Assembly: GCA_023145965.1 (NCBI GenBank)
Contig: JAGLDC010000007.1
Coordinates: 5,574 to 69,573, forward strand
Direction: 5' to 3'
DNA length: 64,000 bases
Source of the DNA: a bacterium
Lineage (GTDB): Bacteria; UBP14; UBA6098
Below, piece after piece: positions 37,401-44,311 of this stretch. Position numbers and translations under genes: made by a program. The number at the start of each line of letters is the position of its first letter. Within the stretch, counting starts at the first letter, position 1. The notes under the pieces were generated by a model. That model was not told the DNA's origin, did no database searches, and worked only from the letters and a program-made list of their open reading frames with translations.

Positions 37401-39278
37401 ACTCCGGCTGCAGCTTATATTCTTTCCGAGACACCGGGCGGTTTGCCCGAACCTGACGACCCGCGTTGGATAGACTATCCCGAGAGCGGTGATACTTTAT
37501 TTACCATGGTATTGGATGCCACCGAAGGCGAAAAAGTTATTTATGGATGGCTTCTTTCCGAGAGCTATATAGTCAGTGAGATGGACGAAGACACTATCTA
37601 TCTTGACATGACAGCACCGGAACAGAATGAGGGGTTCTTCGTATGGGATACCACTTCGGGAGATAACTTCCCCACCATATTTAAAGCGGCTATGGGCTGG
37701 TCGAACGAGAGTTATATATTTGCGCAGGTGCCTTTCTCCTATGATGAGGGCTGTGGAACCGATAGTATAAAGTTCTCTGGTGGTATCGACCTTGAGCTCT
37801 GGAGAGACATCGACCATGTTATTGATATCGAGGAACATAGTATTTCATTGGACTTCAGAACGGATAGTCTTCCATTGGTTATCGACACAGACTCCGAGGG
37901 TAGAAAGCAGATAGTTTCGCGTCTTCGCGACTCCGCAGGTAATTGGGGCAATGTTTTCGATCCATTGAGTCAGATAACCATACACGGCGGTTACGATGTT
38001 ACCGCACCTGATTTCGATTTTCTCGATGTTTTCAGTGAAGAGGTTACGGATAGCGTTACTTCGGTGCTTCCGAACTCTCTTCCAATAAAATTCATGGACG
38101 ACCCCGCACCGGGCTTTCTCTGGAAAGTTTGCTGGCAGATCGACTCCGATCCAACCAGGATAAGTTGCACGACTTACGATTCAACCTGGGATACGCCTGC
38201 CGATAGTATTTTCTATGCGGCTTTCCCGGGCGATTTAACAAGTGGTCTTGTTCCCGATCAGCATTACGATCTCAGTATAGTAGTGATCGATTCGGCGGGT
38301 AATCCAAGCGATCTTAAAACAGCGGATCTATTAATAATACCGGATTCAATCGAGTTCGCTTTCGAGGTTGTCGATACTAATGATCTCGAAGATAGCGATT
38401 ACTGTGGCGAAGTAACTGTCGCCACGCATGTTATGATGGATAATCCTCCGGATTATATGAGATTCGGCGAAAGCGCAAGCGGTTTAGGTAGCTGGATGGA
38501 TTATTCCGAATATGGGGAGTTCACGTTTAGCTCCAGCTTGAACCAGATGAAATATGTCTATGCTCAGATTCGTTATGGAACACAGGAATCAAAGATTGCG
38601 GTAGATTCAATCATTCTCGATACTCAGAATCCAAGCGTTTCTAATATCGAAGCCTTCGATATATCGACTGGCGATAGATATTATTCGGACGATGTGGAAA
38701 TTGGATTTAAGGCCTATGGTGCCAGCGATCCTAATCCGGGTATTGTGGGTGCTATGCTCATTGCTGAGGATGCAGATTTTACACTGAATGTTCAGAAGTG
38801 TGAACTCGATCTTACTGATACAACTTGCACTTATACTGCTTCAGAACTTGCAGATATAGATGATGATGCCTCAGCTTCCGGTGAAATTCGACAGGATGCT
38901 AGAGTATTTTGGGTGAAGTTGCTCGACCGCGCCGAGAACCCGGCTTCGATTAAAATGCCCGCTATTGTTATAGATTTAGATGAAGAGCTTGTGACCAACT
39001 TCCCAAATCCTTTCGATCCGACGGAAGAACCCACTATTGTTAGGGTCAAGGGGATTTCGATAGGTGGATCGGTAGAGGTTAGTATCTATGATAATTATGG
39101 TAACTTGGTATGGAATACGACAGTCTCCGCTCTCGGTGGAAGTAAAACAGTTGATGTTTTGTGGAACGGCAAGAACGGAAAGGGTGATGTTGTTGCCGGA
39201 GGAGTTTATGTGGCAATTGTAGAGGTCGAAGGAGAAATCATAAAACGCAAAATAGCTGTATGGAAGGGGGGTGAGTAG
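34491..39278 (+). CDS. Giant secreted surface protein (1595 aa) with a T9SS C-terminal sorting (FlgD-Ig-like) domain
   Basis: N-terminal signal (MIKINIKDKERALRVKTMPIILGILALGLFGSLLAQS). Many Ig/cadherin-like Asp/Thr-rich segments. C-terminus TNFPNPFDPTEEPTIVRVKGISIGGSVEVSIYDNYGNLVWNTTV..VLWNGKNGKGDVVAGGVYVAIVEVEG fits the CTD pattern. Confidence 0.75.
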   Translation: MIKINIKDKERALRVKTMPIILGILALGLFGSLLAQSAPVVEPEPAYTAGHVNPLLWSEPTSYSVTISAWEIWVDTASTGFPDWPDSAYEELLGPDRISIGPIPVTDAADFGSTYGSEYAYPIGSGVYGDSDDPLTSGLRYCYKVRYRWYTPPSTYGFSDWSETHCSVQDAAPPTVEIDSLPDWWNTDEVSIHYIANDALVGEVDSVVLYYRMPPSTDWIRVFAEAPPPPGYDDYMEFDITGTGDGEYEFFIGAWDALGNGTIPLGTLHAPMADTRVDDTDPTSAIIETEDLPLYYTGWPEGINLFFSASDSYSGLTAVYLDTDYGDTPPLPFDSLFFPAVESVTRDTFVFSRTENGEWNIRARAVDLAGNHESETTWDWTFYVDTQEPEFTSTTVIDSTTVSHRYDVPAMHGWTNSRAVKVTPESAIDPLVDGYASGLDTVSVASNSAFTEDYMAFVAGTPPYIWITSDDDGAKEAYVHLKDRATNISESRFGVIELDTEVPVLSACTLWNHVTPDTYTDTTVSLTVDVTANLDPYYGSASGIYFAQNASNLNSIDTDDWQAVDGDYTFTFDGFSSGEWMTLYVVVRDSAGNVSEAAIDSIRYIHGNKWVEIFNIRDIDGPDVTGRYTDTTEISIEIAYGNGIDTLLVWDGSSMLGLPDTVFPVDDPTGDSDTITIIGKLERTDGWHTLSVRGKTDYDIILTDPDTASIELDIQHPTVPDFLVLDLTIHTEPSGPADVADTGWTNDADVKGMFTGSYDTGGESSGTGLYRYKVSIDTLVLGTDAFPGTYQVDFALPVADGPSDVIGDVQDSSGNWASEDADPIFNIKLDTHIPTIDSIQLLDATSLSPDYTDDPSIVVKIFGDDDPYTPAYASIFEDGTDYPNIVRSIRRSFSSGTLSYMLTDTLTGGIKTVYVALMDRAGNISAISSATIVYNKEIVLDMSLYDCDSEPENNECTNDPTVGVHLFAYGTPAAAYILSETPGGLPEPDDPRWIDYPESGDTLFTMVLDATEGEKVIYGWLLSESYIVSEMDEDTIYLDMTAPEQNEGFFVWDTTSGDNFPTIFKAAMGWSNESYIFAQVPFSYDEGCGTDSIKFSGGIDLELWRDIDHVIDIEEHSISLDFRTDSLPLVIDTDSEGRKQIVSRLRDSAGNWGNVFDPLSQITIHGGYDVTAPDFDFLDVFSEEVTDSVTSVLPNSLPIKFMDDPAPGFLWKVCWQIDSDPTRISCTTYDSTWDTPADSIFYAAFPGDLTSGLVPDQHYDLSIVVIDSAGNPSDLKTADLLIIPDSIEFAFEVVDTNDLEDSDYCGEVTVATHVMMDNPPDYMRFGESASGLGSWMDYSEYGEFTFSSSLNQMKYVYAQIRYGTQESKIAVDSIILDTQNPSVSNIEAFDISTGDRYYSDDVEIGFKAYGASDPNPGIVGAMLIAEDADFTLNVQKCELDLTDTTCTYTASELADIDDDASASGEIRQDARVFWVKLLDRAENPASIKMPAIVIDLDEELVTNFPNPFDPTEEPTIVRVKGISIGGSVEVSIYDNYGNLVWNTTVSALGGSKTVDVLWNGKNGKGDVVAGGVYVAIVEVEGEIIKRKIAVWKGGE

Positions 39279-39280
39279 TC

Positions 39281-41095
39281 ATGAGTAGAAAATTTAAACT
39301 CGACTATCTCTGGATTATCCCGCTTTTCGCATTGGTTTCTTTCTCAGCTTTCGCTCAGGATGGCAGTGCCGGTCAAGCCGGGGAGCTTCTCCGTAGTGGA
39401 CTCGATGCAAGGAGTTTCTCTATGGGCAGAGCATATACTGTAATGCCCACAGGGGGCGATGCCCTCGTTTGGAATCCCGCCGGATTAGGAAAACTCGGAC
39501 GCTGGGAATTTCGTTTCATGCATGCTCAAGGCTATGTCGATAGCAGAACCGAATACGGAAGTTTCGCTATTCCTATCGGGGATCTCGGTGGTTTTGGTAT
39601 AGGCTTTGCCAATGAAGGAGTGACCTCTATAGAGGGCCGCGATGCTTTCAACCGTTCTACCGAAGAAATTTCTTGGGGAGAATCAGCCGCTCTGTTTGGT
39701 TGGGGTCGGGCGTTCATGCAGAACAAATTGTATGGTGGTCTTACCGCTAAATATGTGATGCAGAATATGGGAGACGAATCCGCAAATGGTTTTGGCGGCG
39801 TCGATGTCGGCTTTCTGTCTAAAGAATTCATGTTTAAATATCGCGTTGGTTTGACGCTTCAGAACCTCGGTGCAGCCGAGGTAGCTGGTGATGCCTATCC
39901 GATGACCGTTCGAGCTGGCGTCGGTTGGAGGGTTCTTAATGACCTTTATGTTACAGCCGATGGTGAGATGGTTTCTGGAAGGGATATTTCACCGCGAGTC
40001 GGCGCTGAATATCATCTTGGATGGGTAGCAATCCGCGCAGGATACGATATAATGAAGCCAGAGCTTACATTCGGACTTGGGTTGATGATCGACAATATAG
40101 CCGGTAGAGTTGCAGGGACTTATCCGAGATTAGATTATGCCGGAGGAGCATTAGCGCCGATAGGCAATAATTTTGCGAGAGTTTCTTTGACTCTTATGGG
40201 CGAGGAAATGAGCAAACTTGAGGATATTGAAGGTGATCCGTGTTCACAGTTATCGACCATTGAACCGCATATGAGTAAGCGCGGTTTTGTTGGAGCGAAA
40301 GCAAACTTGATCTACGGAGAATGCCGTTTCAAGGCTGAAGCTCTTGAAGCACCATTTGACATTGAACCTCGTTTTGGCGAAATTCATCCCTTCTTCAATT
40401 CTGCCTATTATGGTAAGTATGGTTCTAACTGGATGACCGAGATAGTTACGGATACTCTAGCTCAGACTGTATTTAGCCAGAAAACACATTATATGTATGC
40501 TGAAACGCGTATGGCTAAAGGCATAGATGAAGAAGCCAAAATCCTTCTTGATCAATTGATTTCGGCAGGTGGCGACAGCGCTCAATATGACCTTCGCCTT
40601 CAATATGATCTAGCTTTGATCAATGAAGAATTAGGCGAAACTGACGCGGCACTTAAGGACTACGAGTCTATCGCAGGGAAGAATGTAGATGACCCTGTTA
40701 AGGTTCTCGCTCTTTATCGTGCAGCAAATATACTCAGAGATAGAGATAAGACGAAGGCAATTAATTACCTAGAGACTTTAGTAAGTAAATATGGATCAGG
40801 CTTTTATGATGAAAGCGGTGAAAGAATCGGCTATCCCATGTTCCCCAAGTATATGGATAACTCGATTGCCGATGACGCTACGATCCTGTTAGCCGATATT
40901 ATTTTCTCCACTGCAAGCGGAGACCCAACCGTGCTTCGTAAAGCATTGGGACTTTATCTAGATGTTTTAATTTACTATCCGGATATGCAAGCTTCGATTC
41001 GTCGTGAAGCTGCGGAAAAAGCCGCTATATGTTTCGAAGAACTTGGAGATTCCGCGAGCGCAGCTTCGATGCGCTCGAAAGCGGGTGAGATTTAA
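39281..41095 (+). CDS. Putative outer-membrane beta-barrel (PorV/PorQ/PorP-type, FadL-like) fused to a C-terminal TPR-like domain
   Basis: Signal peptide ..LFALVSFSAFAQ. N-terminal motif DARSFSMGRAYTVMPTGGDALVWNPAGLG resembles the conserved start of T9SS-associated FadL-like barrels. Gly/aromatic-rich alternating strands follow to ~aa 330. The C-terminal 250 aa is helical repeats (TPR-like). Confidence 0.4.
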   Translation: MSRKFKLDYLWIIPLFALVSFSAFAQDGSAGQAGELLRSGLDARSFSMGRAYTVMPTGGDALVWNPAGLGKLGRWEFRFMHAQGYVDSRTEYGSFAIPIGDLGGFGIGFANEGVTSIEGRDAFNRSTEEISWGESAALFGWGRAFMQNKLYGGLTAKYVMQNMGDESANGFGGVDVGFLSKEFMFKYRVGLTLQNLGAAEVAGDAYPMTVRAGVGWRVLNDLYVTADGEMVSGRDISPRVGAEYHLGWVAIRAGYDIMKPELTFGLGLMIDNIAGRVAGTYPRLDYAGGALAPIGNNFARVSLTLMGEEMSKLEDIEGDPCSQLSTIEPHMSKRGFVGAKANLIYGECRFKAEALEAPFDIEPRFGEIHPFFNSAYYGKYGSNWMTEIVTDTLAQTVFSQKTHYMYAETRMAKGIDEEAKILLDQLISAGGDSAQYDLRLQYDLALINEELGETDAALKDYESIAGKNVDDPVKVLALYRAANILRDRDKTKAINYLETLVSKYGSGFYDESGERIGYPMFPKYMDNSIADDATILLADIIFSTASGDPTVLRKALGLYLDVLIYYPDMQASIRREAAEKAAICFEELGDSASAASMRSKAGEI

Positions 41096-41148
41096 TTATG
41101 AAAAACCAAAAAACCAATATAACTAATATGTTTCCCAAGGAGGAACAA

Positions 41149-42516
41149 ATGAAGTTTAACCGCATCGCAAACGGCGTGATGCTGGCAGTGCTTTTCGGAA
41201 TTATTGCAATTTGTGGAACCCTAGCGGCGCAAGCGCCAGCTGAACTGGATTCTATTTGGTTGCATACTTCCGATGCCAAGTGGGAGAAAACCGACGAAGG
41301 TTTTAATCTCACGATGTCATGGGAGCTTTACATCAAGAAAGCTCAAGATAAAAAAGGCTCTAAATTTTCAGGTGAATGGACTAAACTTTCTCCTGAGAAT
41401 GTAGAGTATACTTATCGCGTAGAAGTAGCTACTGATTCGGTTTTCAGCCAAATCGATAAGACTCAGGAAACTAATGAGGCTTCGCTAGTAATCCGCGATC
41501 TAAACTTTGACAAGTTTTATACTTCCAGAGTGCGTATTGTAGATCCTCCGGTCAATTATCGAGACGATTTCGCTGCCGGAACGATTTATAAACATGAAAA
41601 GGAAACCGGCGGAAAAAGCGAAGAACGAAAAGGCGTTATTGGTTTCTTACTTTTCGCCTTCGATAAGGGCGGATGGCAAACCTACGTTATTATTGCTCTC
41701 GCTTTATTGGGAATCCTGGGAGTTATGCCGATAACATGGTATAGACTTCGTTTGGCGAATATCTTCCCGCCGAATAAACCCGGGTTCTTATATTCGGCTT
41801 TGCCTTTCGATAGAACCGGGAAATGCGATCATCTATCGCCTAAGGGCAATGTCTTTGTTCGCGAAGTGGCAAAATATTGGTCGCGGGCTATGGCGGCTAT
41901 GGCATCCGATCCCTCGAATTGGGAGAGCACCGATGCTTTTATTAAAGCTACGGCTCAAGAACAAGAGGAAGTTAAGAAGCGCCGTTGGATCGAAGAGGGT
42001 CTTCCTGCGATAGAGCAGGCTATCGATGTCTGTAAAAATGGCGTTCCCGGTATCAAACTGAAGAAAAAACCGCTCGACTACCCGTTCCCGCGCGTTCTTC
42101 TCGCGGCGCTGGAAAATCAGAGGATTAACCGCAATAACTGGTGGGCGAGTCAGGAAATGGACAGAGCCGTTGAGAACACCTCGTTTAAAGAAATCGACGA
42201 TCTTAAGGGATGGAGTGTCACGGCATTCTGGGCTTTAGGTTCGGTTGAGCCTATGCTCGGTTTGTTCGGCACTGTTGAAGGAATTCAGAAGGCCTTCATG
42301 AAGATCCAGGAGCAATTAAAGGAAAATCCGGATGCGCCTATGGCCGATACGATTGAAAACCTCGCAGGAGGTATTCATCAAGCGCTTATTACCACGTTCT
42401 TCGGATTGCTCTTCGGTATTCCGTTCATGATGATTTACTATTATTATCGTGGAAAAGCTGATTGGGTTTTCTCCAAATGGGAGGAAATCGTTATCGACCT
42501 ATTAAACAGGGCCTAA
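41149..42516 (+). CDS. exbB: MotA/TolQ/ExbB-family proton channel protein with a ~200-aa N-terminal extracytoplasmic domain
   Basis: C-terminal part has three TM helices and the family motif MLGLFGTVEGIQKAF. Strong SD AAGGAGG lies 5 nt before the ATG at 41149. The N-terminal signal peptide is followed by a beta-rich domain with no recognisable family. Confidence 0.75.
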   Translation: MKFNRIANGVMLAVLFGIIAICGTLAAQAPAELDSIWLHTSDAKWEKTDEGFNLTMSWELYIKKAQDKKGSKFSGEWTKLSPENVEYTYRVEVATDSVFSQIDKTQETNEASLVIRDLNFDKFYTSRVRIVDPPVNYRDDFAAGTIYKHEKETGGKSEERKGVIGFLLFAFDKGGWQTYVIIALALLGILGVMPITWYRLRLANIFPPNKPGFLYSALPFDRTGKCDHLSPKGNVFVREVAKYWSRAMAAMASDPSNWESTDAFIKATAQEQEEVKKRRWIEEGLPAIEQAIDVCKNGVPGIKLKKKPLDYPFPRVLLAALENQRINRNNWWASQEMDRAVENTSFKEIDDLKGWSVTAFWALGSVEPMLGLFGTVEGIQKAFMKIQEQLKENPDAPMADTIENLAGGIHQALITTFFGLLFGIPFMMIYYYYRGKADWVFSKWEEIVIDLLNRA

Positions 42517-42532
42517 CCCAAGGAGGGGCAGA

Positions 42533-43102
42533 ATGCCCAGAAAACAAACAGAGGCTGTACCTTCTGCTGACTGGACCTCCTTAATCGATATCATCTTCCA
42601 GTTGCTCATCTTCTTCATGGTGACGCTGGCTATGGGGACAGTCGAGCAACAGGCTAGTGCCCAGATGGAAGGTGAAATGGATGAGAGCCTACCCGAGTTG
42701 CCCGGAATGAGTAATCTCGGTGAAGCCTTAGAAATCGGCCCCGGCGTGATACTTATTCATGCCGCTTACGATGAAGATAATGAAGTTGCAGGCGATATAG
42801 TAACATATCTCTTTACGAACGAGATCTCGAATATTGAAGAGGCGAAGAAAGATTCAACTCATAGCGCGGGTCCGTTCTCTTGGGATAAAGCCTATAAGAA
42901 GCTGCAAAAGCAGCTTACTTTTGCTCGTGATTACAACGAAAACCTTCCGAGGGTCGAGATGAGGGCTTTTAAGGGAACTCCTTACGGTAATGTTCTCGAT
43001 ATTATGAACCTATGCTATCACGACGAACCCGAAATGAGAATCGATCAGGTATATTTTAGGTTTGCTAGATTAGCTAGAGAGCAATTGGGAGGTGGAAGTT
43101 AG
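42533..43102 (+). CDS. exbD: ExbD/TolR-family biopolymer transport protein (paralogue 1)
   Basis: N-terminal DWTSLIDIIFQLLIFFMVT is the ExbD/TolR TM signature. SD AAGGAGGGG. Confidence 0.75.
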   Translation: MPRKQTEAVPSADWTSLIDIIFQLLIFFMVTLAMGTVEQQASAQMEGEMDESLPELPGMSNLGEALEIGPGVILIHAAYDEDNEVAGDIVTYLFTNEISNIEEAKKDSTHSAGPFSWDKAYKKLQKQLTFARDYNENLPRVEMRAFKGTPYGNVLDIMNLCYHDEPEMRIDQVYFRFARLAREQLGGGS

Positions 43103-43663
43103 ATGCAGAGAAGATATCTTAATCTTGAAAGCGCCGACTGGACGCCTTTAATCGATATTATCTTCCAGTTGATGATCTTCTTCCTGGTAACGATGAGCGT
43201 TCTTCCGGCGGTGAAATCTGCACCGCAGGTCGAGGGGAATATGTCGCTTCCGACACCGAATCAAGGAAGTTCTGAAGTCTCACACCTTATTCAGATATTG
43301 AAGGTCCCTTTCAAATCCGACATGTATGGTTATCTTGTTCTTGACGGCACTCCGCAATCTGCCGAATTCTATAAGGATGTTGACAGAAACCGTCAGTTTT
43401 TAGGTGACCAATATGCATTGGAAAGTGAAATTGTTCTTGGAACAAATATGGGGCTTTGGTTTAACGAGACAAGTCTTAAAGCGAAGTTTCAAGAAGCCTT
43501 CAGTCAACAGGATGTTAAGGTGATTATTAGAGCTGCCAGGAATGTCCCATATGGAGAGGTAGTAAAGGTTCATTCGATATTGTTTAATATCGGTATATCC
43601 AAGATCGCTTGGTTGGATGGCAAGATTGGAACTCTTAAGGCTGACATCAAGGAGGTGAGGTAG
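43103..43663 (+). CDS. exbD: ExbD/TolR-family biopolymer transport protein (paralogue 2)
   Basis: DWTPLIDIIFQLMIFFLVT. The start directly abuts the previous stop. SD GGAGGTGG. Confidence 0.75.
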   Translation: MQRRYLNLESADWTPLIDIIFQLMIFFLVTMSVLPAVKSAPQVEGNMSLPTPNQGSSEVSHLIQILKVPFKSDMYGYLVLDGTPQSAEFYKDVDRNRQFLGDQYALESEIVLGTNMGLWFNETSLKAKFQEAFSQQDVKVIIRAARNVPYGEVVKVHSILFNIGISKIAWLDGKIGTLKADIKEVR

Positions 43664-44230
43664 ATGAGCAAACTCAAACCTACCTATAAAGTTGTCGTTT
43701 TAAGCTTCGTCGTTATTTTATTGGCGATGTCTTTCGGTTGTAGAAACGCTGTCGAAGGCGAGAGCGGTTTCGAAACTGAAGATGGACCGAAGATAATCTT
43801 CCGTGGCGGTTATGGTAATATTGTTATCAAGTATCAACCACCGCCTGAACCAATATTCCAAGTTGGTAATGCAACTCGATATCTCGATTTCAATGAGTTA
43901 CAAAAGAAATTTGGTATCGTCGAGCAACCTTTAATTCTTTCTTATACTGTGAAAACTTCTGTGATGAGTGCGAGTATAGAAAGCAATACGCTTGATCCAG
44001 CATTCGATAACGAAATTCTTGCGGTTATCAAGAGCTGGACCTATACCAGATGGGGCTTTGGTAGATTAAGGATCAAGATTGAAATGGCGAGAAGCCGAGT
44101 TACCGTAGATATGAGTGGAGCTAATCTTGCGGATAGAGTTCCTAATATGAGCATGCCACGCTTTGGCGAAGCCAAAGATATGGTCGCTGCATACGGTTTC
44201 GGAAAGGTTTCTCAGGCAGGTATAGATTAA
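43664..44230 (+). CDS. Lipoprotein / TonB-like energy-transducer candidate (by synteny after exbB-exbD-exbD)
   Basis: Signal peptide ending SFGC (lipobox-like). Short Pro-rich QPPPEPIFQ. C-terminal beta region. The position matches tonB in Bacteroidetes-type exbB-exbD-exbD-tonB loci. Sequence evidence is weak. Confidence 0.3.
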   Translation: MSKLKPTYKVVVLSFVVILLAMSFGCRNAVEGESGFETEDGPKIIFRGGYGNIVIKYQPPPEPIFQVGNATRYLDFNELQKKFGIVEQPLILSYTVKTSVMSASIESNTLDPAFDNEILAVIKSWTYTRWGFGRLRIKIEMARSRVTVDMSGANLADRVPNMSMPRFGEAKDMVAAYGFGKVSQAGID

Positions 44231-44237
44231 TAACAAA

Positions 44238-44270
44238 ACGCCCGTCTTGTGGCGGGCGTATTTTGACATT
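44238..44270 (+). terminator. Rho-independent terminator closing the cargo/Exb unit
   Basis: ACGCCCG (44238-44244) pairs with CGGGCGT (44253-44259), 8-nt loop, then ATTTTGACATTTTTT. Confidence 0.6.
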
Positions 44271-44311
44271 TTTTCGTTATTTAAAGTTAAAACATAAACA
44301 AAGAGGATGAA

